This document shows positions 12,951 to 25,207 of a stretch of DNA of 64,000 bases, one piece after another (within the stretch, counting starts at the first letter, position 1; each line of letters starts with the position of its first letter). Position numbers and translations under genes: made by a program. The notes under the pieces were generated by a model, which searched no databases, was not told the origin of the DNA, and saw only the letters and a list, made by a program, of their open reading frames with translations. Source of the DNA: Blastocatellia bacterium (GTDB taxonomy: Bacteria; Acidobacteriota; Blastocatellia; UBA7656); assembly GCA_963765495.1 (NCBI GenBank), contig CAVXWP010000008.1, positions 544,001 to 608,000 of the forward strand, written 5' to 3'.

Positions 12951-12975
12951 CGCGCCGCTGAATTCGTAGTTAGGC
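12951..12975 (+). repeat. attC-like site, family A, right arm only
   Basis: CGCGCCGCTGAATTCGTAGTTAGGC. Confidence 0.75.
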
Positions 12976-13029
12976 TTTTATCGTTTCCCCAGTCGTCATT
13001 TCTTAGATTTACATATATAATCCTCCATT

Positions 13030-13233
13030 ATGAAACTTAAGGTTATCGTCCATCAGGCTGACGAAGGCGGTTTCTGGGCCGAGGTTCCTTCAATTCCTGG
13101 CTGTGCTACTCAAGCCGATTCATTTGAGGAACTTTTACAAAACATTTATGAAGCAGTTGAAGGCTGTCTCTCAGTTGATCTTTCTCCCTCACAACTTTCT
13201 GAGCAGGACCGTATTCTGGAAATCGCAGTATGA
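13030..13233 (+). CDS. hicB: HicB family antitoxin
   Basis: [30 protein letters not shown], HicB-like fold. Confidence 0.88.
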   Translation: MKLKVIVHQADEGGFWAEVPSIPGCATQADSFEELLQNIYEAVEGCLSVDLSPSQLSEQDRILEIAV

Positions 13234-13436
13234 AGGCCATATCAGGCAAGGAGTTCATAAAGATTATTGAGCGAAGGGGCTGGACTTTGCTTAGAGTGCA
13301 AGGAAGCCACTACATTTACGGGAAGACAGGAAGTAACATCCGGCTTTCTATTCCAGTGCATGGGAATCAGGCTCTCAAGACGGGTTTGCTCAGACATTTC
13401 ATGAAAATGGCAGACATTTCAGAGGATGAATTGTAA
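13230..13436 (+). CDS. hicA: HicA family toxin
   Basis: [11 protein letters not shown] and IPVHGN..LKTG motifs; ATGA overlap with hicB. Confidence 0.88.
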   Translation: MKAISGKEFIKIIERRGWTLLRVQGSHYIYGKTGSNIRLSIPVHGNQALKTGLLRHFMKMADISEDEL

Positions 13437-13504
13437 GCTGCCGGCCTTACAAGATATATCAAAGGAGTTCGATGATAAGAGGGGAAATATGGCCCACGGA
13501 AGCA

Positions 13505-13589
13505 GCCTAACGGCTCATTCCAGCGGACGCGCATTCCAACGTTTCATTATCCCTTCGGCCACAGCGCGCCGCTGAATCCGTCGTTAGGC
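13505..13589 (+). repeat. attC site, family A, intact (85 bp)
   Basis: R'' GCCTAAC, 5-nt spacer, L'' ATTCCAGC, GGACGCGC...GCGCGCC, L' GCTGAAT, 5-nt spacer, R' GTTAGGC; unpaired C and A give bottom-strand extrahelical G and T. Confidence 0.92.
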
Positions 13590-13671
13590 GATCTTCGCAA
13601 TAGTATTCTTATCCTTAAAATTGTAAAATTCGGACGTTTCGTAAAATGCAAGGAAATCTGAGACAAATTAT

Positions 13672-14838
13672 ATGCCGTTTATTCAAGAGCCGCTTTATAT
13701 CGTCACCATTTTGCTTCTCCTGATCGCCGTTTCGGAATGGCTGGCGGAAAAGAGTTTTTTCAAACATATCGGCTCGGTTTTGATAATCATCATCGCCGCC
13801 GCCGTTTTGGCGAATATAGGCGTGATTCCTTCCAGCTATAACGCGCCGCCGCTTTACGACGGCATTTTTCAATACGCCGCGCCAATCGGAATTTTCTTTC
13901 TTCTGCTCGAAGTAAAATTGAAAGATTTGAAATTTGCTGGTTTTCCAATGCTCTTGATGTTTTTTATCGGCGCGGTTGCGACGATGATTGCAGTGATTGT
14001 CGGGTACAAAATCGTTTCGCCGCAGAATCATTTCAGCTCCGCTTATGCCGTGGCCGGAATGTACACGGGAACCTATACTGGCGGAAGCGCAAATTTGAAC
14101 GCCGTCGCGCTCAATTACGGCGTGAACAAGGACGGCGTTTTGTACGCGGCGGTCAACGCGGTTGACAATATTTTGACAACCGTCTGGATGATCTTGACAC
14201 TTCTTTTGCCCTCGCTCTTCCAGAAATTTTTCCCGCGAGAAAGAAACATCCCTCCCCAAATCGCAAATCTTTCCGATGAAGAAATTAGAGAGCGGATTAC
14301 GCAAAACACGAATGCAATCGGTTTGGCCGATATTGTGATTCTGCTCGCGCTCGGTTTCGGAACTCTTTTTGTTGCAACAAAAATCAATGCAAGCCTGCCG
14401 GGGCTTCCCTCGATAATAGTTTTAACGACGCTCGCGCTGATTCTTGCGCAAATTCCGTTTGTGCAAAGGCTTCAGGGGGGTAGAATTCTGGGCTATCTTT
14501 TGATAATGCTTTTTCTGGCGGTCATCGGCGCGCTTTGCGACATCAAGGCTCTTCGGAGCAGCGGCGATGTTGCCGGAACTCTGTTGATTTGGGTGACGAT
14601 TATCGTTTTTTTGCACGGAATGATTATTTTCACGGTTGGTGGTTTGCTGAAACAGGATTGGGATATGGTTTCGATTGCTTCAAACGCGAATATCGGCGGC
14701 GCGACGAGCGCGCCCGTCTGCGCGGTGAGTCTCGGTCGTCCCGATCTACAATTGCCCGGACTGCTCGTCGGAACGGTAGGCAACGCCGTCGGAACCTACA
14801 TGGGGATTCTGGTCGCCGAGTTATTGAAAAATAACTGA
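13672..14838 (+). CDS. DUF819 family membrane protein
   Basis: GTYTGGSANL, SNANIGG and GNAVGTYMG motifs; multiple transmembrane segments. Confidence 0.85.
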   Translation: MPFIQEPLYIVTILLLLIAVSEWLAEKSFFKHIGSVLIIIIAAAVLANIGVIPSSYNAPPLYDGIFQYAAPIGIFFLLLEVKLKDLKFAGFPMLLMFFIGAVATMIAVIVGYKIVSPQNHFSSAYAVAGMYTGTYTGGSANLNAVALNYGVNKDGVLYAAVNAVDNILTTVWMILTLLLPSLFQKFFPRERNIPPQIANLSDEEIRERITQNTNAIGLADIVILLALGFGTLFVATKINASLPGLPSIIVLTTLALILAQIPFVQRLQGGRILGYLLIMLFLAVIGALCDIKALRSSGDVAGTLLIWVTIIVFLHGMIIFTVGGLLKQDWDMVSIASNANIGGATSAPVCAVSLGRPDLQLPGLLVGTVGNAVGTYMGILVAELLKNN

Positions 14839-14963
14839 GCTTATTAGCAGCGATAGAGTTTCCGGCGCGCTCGTGGCATCCTTTGCAAATAGAACTTCGC
14901 GAAGTTTGATAGTTCAAAATACTGAATTGAAATTGATAAGGGTGAAACGCGGCTAGGGCAACC

Positions 14964-14982
14964 AGCTAACCGCTCATTCCGG
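14964..14982 (+). repeat. attC-like site, family A, left arm remnant
   Basis: AGCTAACCGCTCATTCC, followed by divergent sequence. Confidence 0.6.
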
Positions 14983-15392
14983 CCGTCATCTATTTGTATC
15001 GCATAAAAAAGCCGCGGGCATTGTTAAAAAGATCGGTCGCGCAAGCAATCTGCCGCCTCAACGACAGCCATTCTCAAACTAGATCGCTGTCCGATATCCC
15101 CAATCGCCTCGGCCGATTCAACGCCTCGCACCGCAACCGCACCTCGCTCGCATGGTTCGTGATCATTCAACTCTTCACACACTCCAAATCGACTCGCGGC
15201 AATCGCGGACATGCTGTCTCCACAAATCATTATCATAGCAAACGCTCTATCGGATTTTGTTCGGCAAATGCGGCTGAAGGATGTCGTTGGCAATTGCGAA
15301 TGCGGCGATATGACGATACTCTTATGCAGTGATATCACTGCCTCAAATAAAGATAGCCAGGTGGGCAGTGAAACACGATGATTAGTATGTAG

Positions 15393-17693
<2,301 letters not shown>

Positions 17694-17744
17694 TTTCAGG
17701 AGAAACGTCTTCGAGGCTTCTGACAGGGAGACGAAACACGATGG

Positions 17745-18072
17745 GGCTTTGTTGAATAAATCCGTCGCGCGAGCAAATTGCCTCCCCTGGGTTTGTCGCA
17801 GCGGCAGATGAAAGACTTCTCTCAGCAGCAGGCATCATTGGATGGCGGCGTCGTTGAATTTCAGAGGTCTGCCGCGTCGGTTTGGCGGCACCCAACAGAG
17901 CCATTGGTCGATGGCGGGTTGCGACCCAGAGTGTGAGGCTACCGCGATTGCAGAGAGCTGAGTTATCGTCTTGCCAGTTACGGATGCGGTATTGAGGTTT
18001 GGTGTTCTTTTTGGTCACTATCGAAAGATATCAAACACACTGCATCCGTAACCTGATTTATTCAACAACGCC
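17745..18072 (-). mobile_element. Internally deleted IS5-family (IS903 group) element, 328 bp
   Basis: 18-bp terminal inverted repeats GGCTTTGTTGAATAAATC / GATTTATTCAACAACGCC; transposase N-terminal remnant YRIRNWQDDNSALCNRGSLTLW. Confidence 0.85.
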
Positions 18073-18078
18073 TAACAC

Positions 18079-18104
18079 AGCTAACTGCCCATTCCAGCGG
18101 ACGC
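18079..18104 (+). repeat. attC-like site, family A, left arm
   Basis: AGCTAACTGCCCATTCCAGCGGACGC. Confidence 0.7.
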
Positions 18105-18195
18105 CTATACGACCTGGGCATAGAGAAGACGAGTAAATCGAAGTGAAACCGCTAACGCGGCCACGCAAGAACCTGCCAACAGCCTCTAAGCGCCG

Positions 18196-20418
18196 CTAGG
18201 GGGCGACCTCGAAGGGCGTCTCTTTGGTCAGCACGATTTTTGACTGTGGCTCTTTGACGAGAATACGAAGCGTGTAGAGGCCGGGCTTGAAATCAGGCGC
18301 TTTGAGGCGGCTGCCGAACTCAACCGCGTTGGGTTCCTTGTTCAAGATGAACGATGATAAGGGATGCCATGCGTCTTCCAGAACGATCTCCTCGTCTTGC
18401 AGAATCTGCCCCTGAATCATTACCCCGGCGGCATCCTCGTTGCCAAGCGCGGCTTTGTACGCTTTGCCGTAAAAGGTGATCATATCGCCACGTTGAAAAA
18501 CATTGATGCCGTTGTGAATGTCGGGTTGAATCAGGGTGATGTTGTGCGCGGCCCTGTTGCTGTTGCTTTCGCTCTGAGCCCTCGCGGTTGAGAGGCTGCC
18601 TAAGATCAGCTTTTTCGATTTCAGGTTGGGCACTTCCACCCACGCGGATGCTGTGCCCATCAAATCTGTCCGCGAGTCGCGCACGCCAACGCGAATCTGA
18701 TGCAGGCCCGGCTTCAAGGTGAGCCGCTTGACGTAACGAATAAGCTTGTCTTTGACCTGCTCCGGATGCTCGCCGGATAGACGAACCTGGATCACGTCCT
18801 GCACCATATCGGTGGTCGTGCCATCCGCATCCAGTATGCCGGTCAACATCAGCAAGTTGATCTCAGCGCCATTTTCCTGCTCTTTGTAGCCAAGTTTCTT
18901 GCCATTGATGAAGACAGTGAGCGACACCTGCATCTGATCAGTCGGCGTGTAGTAGAATTCGGCGTCTGCATCGACGTTGATGTCGGTGGTGACCAGCGGC
19001 TCGCCCATTGCTTTGATCAATGCTTCCGCCGGATCGACTACGGCCAATGGTTTTTCTTTGAACAGATCGCTAGCCAGATAACCGCTCTGAGTGCGGACGG
19101 TGTAATCCGGGTGGCCTTTGACGCGGACCTTGATGCTACGAAAGGTTTTCTTGTTATCGGCGTTTGCGGGGTAATAAGACAACTCATAATAAGAGCTGTT
19201 TTCATCCAGCGCCTTTCCCATCGCGCCGAGCAAATCATTGGTGGTCAGGAAAGCTTTGCCGCCGGTGCCTTTGGCGAGGGTTTCCATGCCGCTTTCCATC
19301 TCTCTTTCGCCCGCCGCGGAGTAAAGATGAAATTGCGAGATCACCTGCGGATCAGGCGGCAACTGAGTCCCGATGTCATACATGGCATTGCCCTTCAACC
19401 CTTTGGCGTTCACTGCGTAAATCACCACGCCGGAACGTGAGGCCCGGCTGATGGCCGCGCGCAAATCGTCCAAATCCACTGTGCCGCTGTTGTCGAGCGA
19501 AGTGAATCCATCCGTTGCAAACAGCACCAGCCGCTGGCCGGGCAGTTCGGCCAATCGCGCGGCGACGGCTTTGAGCGTGTCCAGCATCGCGCGCCGTCGA
19601 TAAGTCGCTTCAGCCATGATTTCCCCAGCCCTGGAAATCGTGATGTCTCTAACGAGACTCTCGAAATGCTTGTCATCCGGCAGATGTTCTTCCTGCCGGA
19701 CAACGCTCATCGCCACAGCGGTGGCATCAGAGTCCCGGGCTTGCACCCTGGAGGCCAGAAAGGCGGTATACATACTCGAATACGAGCCCGGTGAAGTGCC
19801 GAGCCGATTCACTGCCGCGCGCAGCACCCGTTTGTCCTGCGTGAACTGGCTGAACAATCCCAGTCCGCCGCCGGTCGAGACGACCGCCGCGAGGTCTTCG
19901 TCGCCTAATTGCTCATCGATGAACTTCAACAAATCGCGTTTCAACCACAGCAAGCTCGAAGTGGACATATGCAATGTATCGACAAACATTACGACGGTAC
20001 GCTTCGGCCGCGTTGTCGGGGTGGCCTGGCGTCGGGCTGCCGGCGAGGAGCCGGGCAGATCAGGGGCACGGCGTTCAACGCTCAAGCGCTCGGCGGAAAA
20101 GAAGCTGATCAACTGCCCGCGCCCGTTTTCGAGAATCTCGAAATCTTCTTTGTTGAGATCAGTGACGACCTTGCCCTGTTTGTCTGTGACCACGGCGCGG
20201 ATCTCCATGAGATCAGCTTTCAGGTGGATAGACTGGTCTTGCGGATCAGGCTTGCCTTGCGCCTTTTTCTGCCGCGCTGAGGCGTCGGGCACAGAAACCG
20301 CCAGTATAAGCAGAACCAGCAGACCGATGATGCGCAAACGGTTTCGGCGCGCGTGCGGGTCAATGAAAATGGGATCCTTGCGCTTTGATTGCTTCGATTC
20401 AGTGAAGATGCTCATCAA
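18196..20418 (-). CDS. VWA domain protein (acidobacterial VWFA-related type)
   Basis: VTDKQGKVVTDL.KEDFEI.ENG..Q.I motif, MIDAS-like FVDTLHMS, LAKGTGG, YELSYYP, VRTQSGY. Confidence 0.85.
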   Translation of the reverse strand: MMSIFTESKQSKRKDPIFIDPHARRNRLRIIGLLVLLILAVSVPDASARQKKAQGKPDPQDQSIHLKADLMEIRAVVTDKQGKVVTDLNKEDFEILENGRGQLISFFSAERLSVERRAPDLPGSSPAARRQATPTTRPKRTVVMFVDTLHMSTSSLLWLKRDLLKFIDEQLGDEDLAAVVSTGGGLGLFSQFTQDKRVLRAAVNRLGTSPGSYSSMYTAFLASRVQARDSDATAVAMSVVRQEEHLPDDKHFESLVRDITISRAGEIMAEATYRRRAMLDTLKAVAARLAELPGQRLVLFATDGFTSLDNSGTVDLDDLRAAISRASRSGVVIYAVNAKGLKGNAMYDIGTQLPPDPQVISQFHLYSAAGEREMESGMETLAKGTGGKAFLTTNDLLGAMGKALDENSSYYELSYYPANADNKKTFRSIKVRVKGHPDYTVRTQSGYLASDLFKEKPLAVVDPAEALIKAMGEPLVTTDINVDADAEFYYTPTDQMQVSLTVFINGKKLGYKEQENGAEINLLMLTGILDADGTTTDMVQDVIQVRLSGEHPEQVKDKLIRYVKRLTLKPGLHQIRVGVRDSRTDLMGTASAWVEVPNLKSKKLILGSLSTARAQSESNSNRAAHNITLIQPDIHNGINVFQRGDMITFYGKAYKAALGNEDAAGVMIQGQILQDEEIVLEDAWHPLSSFILNKEPNAVEFGSRLKAPDFKPGLYTLRILVKEPQSKIVLTKETPFEVAP

Positions 20419-21056
20419 TGCTAACCTTTCGGAGCCGCCATAAGATGCCCCGGTTTAGAGAATCAAATCCACGCCCGTCCGCACGATTACCTCAACAAAC
20501 ACCAGTGATCAAGCGTCTTCTTCCCATATCAGGTTGGGCACGAGCAATGGATTGACATAGGAAGCAGAAGGCGGAGACCGCTCACGCAGCTAGTTGTTCC
20601 CCATCCGTTGAGCTTGATCTAGCCTAATGAAAAACATCGCAGCAGGCAAGTATATTCCTAAGCGCGTAAGGATTACAGTTCACAATAGAAATCAATGATT
20701 TACAGGAAGCGGAAGTAACGGTCGTTTCTGTAACACGACACGCCGAGCCTACAACTTTCCGGTTACTCCGTTCGCCGGATTCAGGCCTCCAGGGGAATGA
20801 GACGCCTCCTTCAGCAGTGGAGGCCCCATTCCAAAAGTGGATGCTGCTTGGGAATCTATTTGAAAAATTCGAGAACACGAATTTCAGATTGGAGATCCGC
20901 TGAATCTGATCTAACTGCTTCTTCCAGCGGATGCGCTTTCCAATTTCCCGTGTTACATCAACTGCCGGATTGGTGCTAAACTCGTCTTTAGCACGCTTCC
21001 CGGCATGACTTTCGTATGAAGCCACCCTACTAGAAGGATTGAAGGAGTGATGGCAA

Positions 21057-21953
21057 ATGAAAAACCTACTGTTCTTGCTCGTCTTATTCTTTTTCGCCAA
21101 TACGGTTTTCGCTCAGGAAGGCGGCAATCGAATTTACGGAAATAGTGGAAACCCCAACCAGCAGCGCCGCCAACCGTCAACTAATACAGGCAATTTATTG
21201 GCTAACCGCCCTAACGCATATTCAATCGAAGCGAGCGTATTACTGAATATGAAACCAGATGCCTTTGTGGCGGTTTTTGGTATCAATGAAGAGGCAAACG
21301 CTTCGGCTGAAAGCAACGAGCGAATCAATACGAAAATCAACGAATTCACAAGAGCCATAAGTTCCCTCGGCATCTCTCAAAACGATACTTTCGTTGATTT
21401 CATCACACAGAATCGTGTCTATGATTATACGGTGGAAGGCACAAAAGCGACGGAAACATTTTCAGGGTTTGAAACTAAGAAAACGATAGCCGTGCGCTAC
21501 AAAAGGCGAGACCTGTTTGAGAAAATTCTAACGGCGGCAGCAAATGTGCAAATATTCGACCTGATTAAAGTTGATTATATCGTTAGTAATTTCGACGCGG
21601 TTCACGACCGTTTGTTTGAAGAAGGTGTAAAAATCATCAAGGCCAAAGAAGCAAAATACACTAAATCTTTTGGCGTAAAACTCGAACCCTTCGGTTTAGC
21701 AAACGAAAAGTATGATGCATTTTATCCGTCGGAGAGTTACGAACGTTATCAAGCCTACGAAACGGGTGAGGCTTACACTGGTTACAACAATTCAAGTAAA
21801 GTTATCCAGCGCAAGAGCTTTACCTTCTTCTATCAGCCGCTTGACGGGAACCGTTTCGACCTTGTGATAAATGAGCTTGGCATTGAGCCGGTCGTGCAAT
21901 TTACTCTTTATTTGCGAATGGACTACAATACGGAAGGACCCAAAGAAAAATAA
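21057..21953 (+). CDS. SIMPL (DUF541) domain secreted protein
   Basis: Signal peptide; ASVLLNMKPD.FVAVFG and DFITQNRVYDY pattern. Confidence 0.65.
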   Translation: MKNLLFLLVLFFFANTVFAQEGGNRIYGNSGNPNQQRRQPSTNTGNLLANRPNAYSIEASVLLNMKPDAFVAVFGINEEANASAESNERINTKINEFTRAISSLGISQNDTFVDFITQNRVYDYTVEGTKATETFSGFETKKTIAVRYKRRDLFEKILTAAANVQIFDLIKVDYIVSNFDAVHDRLFEEGVKIIKAKEAKYTKSFGVKLEPFGLANEKYDAFYPSESYERYQAYETGEAYTGYNNSSKVIQRKSFTFFYQPLDGNRFDLVINELGIEPVVQFTLYLRMDYNTEGPKEK

Positions 21954-21991
21954 TTTCACAGGAAGCTCTACCTGTCTCCCTGGCGGCAAAT

Positions 21992-22058
21992 GCGGACGCA
22001 CATTCCAACGCATTCTTTTCCACCAGCTACCTGCGCGCCGCTGAATTCGTAGTTCGAT
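21992..22058 (+). repeat. attC-like site, family A, left end degenerate
   Basis: GCGGACGCACATTCCAAC...GCGCGCCGCTGAATTCGTAGTTCGAT. Confidence 0.8.
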
Positions 22059-22084
22059 GGCCACGAGTGACTTTAGGAGTTGAG

Positions 22085-22621
22085 ATGCAATTGGCAAAGG
22101 CTTACTTCCATCTTGTAACGTTGGTCATGCTACTCACACTTGCCAGCACCTCCATCGTGGCGCAATGCCCTTTTGCACCGGATGGTTACTTCGTATTCGC
22201 AGGACCTGCCCCCAAAGGGTTCAATGATGTCGCATTGATAGCCCTCTGGGACTACCGGCGAAAGCGTGGCACCGAGTTGTCACCCGGTGTCTACCTCACG
22301 GACGCAAATGCGTTTGCGCTCGAGGAGTCGACCATTACGACAGGACCGAACGGACTGGGTTTCACGTGGGTGTTCAGTACATTTGAAAGCAACGGGGTTC
22401 GCTACGTCTTCGATGGACGGTTTCAGGATGTGTGCAATTTCGCCGATCCAAGCATCGGCAAGGCTGGGCGAGTTCTTCTCGAGGGGCGCTTAGAGAGGCG
22501 TGAGCACAATGTGACGATAGCGGCGGCTGATGCCAAGTTCGTCTTCTACGCGCGACTTCCTCCGAAGCTCAGGCGGTTGGCGCGATTTGCTGGCAGCCAC
22601 AAAGGCAAGCCGCTGAACTAG
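22085..22621 (+). CDS. Hypothetical secreted protein (gene cassette)
   Basis: AGGAG RBS, signal peptide, bounded directly by attC sites. Confidence 0.7.
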   Translation: MQLAKAYFHLVTLVMLLTLASTSIVAQCPFAPDGYFVFAGPAPKGFNDVALIALWDYRRKRGTELSPGVYLTDANAFALEESTITTGPNGLGFTWVFSTFESNGVRYVFDGRFQDVCNFADPSIGKAGRVLLEGRLERREHNVTIAAADAKFVFYARLPPKLRRLARFAGSHKGKPLN

Positions 22622-22703
22622 CGGTTGCAGCGGAGACGGCGCAATCGATGCTGTTCGTTCATCCAGGGGGTTCGCGCCAGCCCGCTGAACCTCATCGTTA
22701 TGC
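22612..22703 (+). repeat. attC site, non-family-A type (92 bp)
   Basis: GCTGAAC-N5-GTTGCAGCGG...CCGCTGAAC-CTCATC-GTTATGC, overlapping the gene end. Confidence 0.8.
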
Positions 22704-22878
22704 TGCTCGATTTTCCAGCAATTCTTTGTCTGGATGGCACACGAATTATTTCGCTTTTCCCTATGGATTCATGTTCCCAATTGATTATCATTGCGATTCT
22801 ATATAGAATCAGAACCCGTTAGAAATCCTTATTTTCTGGTTAGTGACTGATCCAATTTATGCAATGGTTGAAGGAGTG

Positions 22879-23376
22879 ATGACTTTGAAAAAGCCAAGCC
22901 TGATATTCATTTCTACATTGCTTGTTATCTTTTGCTGGGGCGCGAGCCTGGGGAGACAGCCCGCTGCAACTCCAGACCCCAAGACGGTGACTTCTGTGCT
23001 TGGCACTTGGAAAGGGGAGTCAACCTGTGTCGGCAATCGACCAGCTTGTAAAAATGAGGTCGTCGTTTATCGCTTTGAGGCTATTCCCGGCAAGGTTGGC
23101 GTTATTTTGCAACTGGCCGACAAGATCATCGAGGGTAAGCGTGACCCGATGGGCAAATTGGAGTTTCAATACGACGAGGCGAGAGGTGAGTTGTCGTGCG
23201 AGTTCATGATTCGACAGACGCAAGGCCTTTGGCAGTTCAAGGTGAGTGGAGACACGATGGAAGGGTCATTGATCCTGCTGCCGGACAGGGAGTTGATGCG
23301 ACATGTGATGGTGAAGCGGGTCAAGGATGATGAGGTACCTGCGGCACCGCCGAGAAAGGCGTACGAGAGTGTGTAG
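22879..23376 (+). CDS. Hypothetical secreted beta-barrel-like protein (gene cassette)
   Basis: AAGGAG RBS, signal peptide, GTWKGESTC motif. Confidence 0.7.
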   Translation: MTLKKPSLIFISTLLVIFCWGASLGRQPAATPDPKTVTSVLGTWKGESTCVGNRPACKNEVVVYRFEAIPGKVGVILQLADKIIEGKRDPMGKLEFQYDEARGELSCEFMIRQTQGLWQFKVSGDTMEGSLILLPDRELMRHVMVKRVKDDEVPAAPPRKAYESV

Positions 23377-23400
23377 GGTTCCACATATATGCAGAGCCGC

Positions 23401-23485
23401 GCCTAACTGCTCATTCCAGTGGACGCGCTTCCCACCTTCTCATGTTCCATCCGACCACAGCGCGCCTCTGAACTCGTCGCCAGGC
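23401..23485 (+). repeat. attC site, family A, R' mutated (GCC instead of GTT)
   Basis: GCCTAACTGCTCATTCCAGTGGACGCGC...GCGCGCCTCTGAACTCGTCGCCAGGC. Confidence 0.85.
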
Positions 23486-23530
23486 TCTCGCAGATGTCCT
23501 GATATTCTTGGAATGGATGAAACAATGAGC

Positions 23531-23657
23531 CCCGGTGCCATTCAGTTTTCAGGATGTAGAACTGGAAAATAGAAATAGGCCGGGACGGACGCGGATTGGC
23601 TCATACAGGGTTTGATCCGCATAGATCCGTCCGATCCGCGCCCGCCCCGGCCTACTC
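23531..23657. repeat. Palindromic element, family P, copy 2
   Basis: GAAATAGGCCGGGACGGACGCGGAT...ATCCGCGCCCGCCCCGGCCTACTC. Confidence 0.8.
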
Positions 23658-23761
23658 GCCTTTTCATTCGAATCAACCTTCAAGTTTTTTTGTCGCATAC
23701 GGCGCGCAAGTTAAAACTGTACGGCCATGATGAGCTCTCCAATTGATTTATAAAAGGTTTA

Positions 23762-23862
23762 TTAATGAAGCTCCTCGCAGCAAGCTGCGAGGTATCGCGC
23801 AAGAGGGGAGGAAATGGAGCCGCAGCAAGCTGCGGGGAATTGCCTGACCCTCCTCAGATTAA
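23762..23862. repeat. Twin-hairpin REP-like / IS200-IS605-end-like element
   Basis: Two hairpins, CCTCGCAGCAAGCTGCGAGG and CCGCAGCAAGCTGCGG, bounded by TTAA. Confidence 0.65.
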
Positions 23863-23939
23863 AATCAGAATTTTTAGAACGCTCGTAGCCAATAGCGCTC
23901 TATTGTGAAACTACCAATATGGAAATCGCACCGGGATAT

Positions 23940-24003
23940 ACCACGAAACACACTAAATACACGAATAATTCTTCTATTTCGTGTGCTTCGTGTATTTCGT
24001 GGT
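23940..24003. repeat. Imperfect palindrome built from ACACGAA units
   Basis: ACCACGAAACACACTAAATACACGAA...TTCGTGTGCTTCGTGTATTTCGTGGT. Confidence 0.7.
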
Positions 24004-24077
24004 TCACTTCTTGTTAAGACAGAATTTCTAAACCGAGAATTGCTGATATTCCAATTCCTCCGGTATCAGAGGCTTGC

Positions 24078-25067
24078 ATGAGTAATACCATCTATACCGG
24101 CAGTAACGCCGCCACTCGGCCTCCCGGCTTCGGTGGTCGTAAGACAGGATTCTCACATGACGGAGAATTAAGCGGCAACCTGGAAAGTAATCCGCATAAT
24201 CAGGTGCACGTCGATGTAGGTGGCATCAATACGGATCAAACGGTCTGGGGACTGATGAGTGATCCAGGACTAGCTGCACTTGACCCGATCTTCTATTTAC
24301 ACCATTCAAACATTGACCGGATGTGGGCAGCCTGGAATGCGAATGGAAACAGCAACCCGACTAATCCAAACTGGCTTAACGGACCCGCATCCATCGGGGA
24401 GCGGGAATTCGTAATGCCACTTCCGGACGGCAGTTCCTGGGTGTATACTCCAGGCGATGTAAATAGTCTCGATCAGTTGGATTATACTTATGATGATCTG
24501 ACTGTGACTGTTTCGCTCCAACCCTCCAACAGGCTTGGCCAAAGGTTGAGGAGATTGGGAGCGGCGCCAGCAGCGGGGAGCATAACGCCGGGAGTTAATA
24601 TGGACAGCGAAGTTAATGCGGAACTCTTCGGAGCCCACGATGGAGATCTTCGGATAAAGAGCTCGGGAGCTCGCGCAACTGTCAAGCTTGATTCCAGCGT
24701 CCGGAAGAACGTGTCTGCGAGTCTCGCGGCAGCTTCTGATGCGAGACCGCCTGATCGGGTATACCTCCAGCTTGAAAATGTCCGAGGAAACATAGACGCA
24801 TTTAAACTCAACGTCTCTGTCAACCAACAGCGTGCAGGAACTGTTGCACTTTTCGGACTTCGGAGGGCTAGCTTAAAGGACGGCGGGCACGGCGGCCAGG
24901 GGCTCACCTTCGTATTGGACATCACGGATATCATCGACAATCTGTTCCTTAACAATGCTCTCGATGCGGATTCGCTCGATGTGAGGATTGAGCCCAATCA
25001 TGCTGTTCCGGATAGTGCGGCGCTCACGGTCGGGCGAGTCAGCATCTACCGCCAAGGGGAGCAATGA
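24078..25067 (+). pseudogene. Tyrosinase/catechol oxidase, 5'-truncated
   Basis: CuB site present (PHNQVH, DPIFYLHHSNIDRMW); CuA N-terminal half absent. Confidence 0.8.
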
Positions 25068-25207
25068 TAATAAGTACCCGAGAGCGTGCACGGGTTACTA
25101 TCCCGATACTGCTCATAAGCCTGGTAACGTGGATGATGCTTCTGGTAAATCCCGGAAGCATCATGACCATTGCCCACTGTCCGGTAACAGACTCGGGAGC
25201 ATCACTA
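25064..25207 (+). pseudogene. DUF2182 membrane protein, 5' part (interrupted)
   Basis: ATGA-coupled to tyrosinase; reads MIISTRERARVTIPILLISLVTWMMLLVNPGSIMTIAHCPVTDSGASL and continues in frame at 32881 once the insert is removed. Confidence 0.85.
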
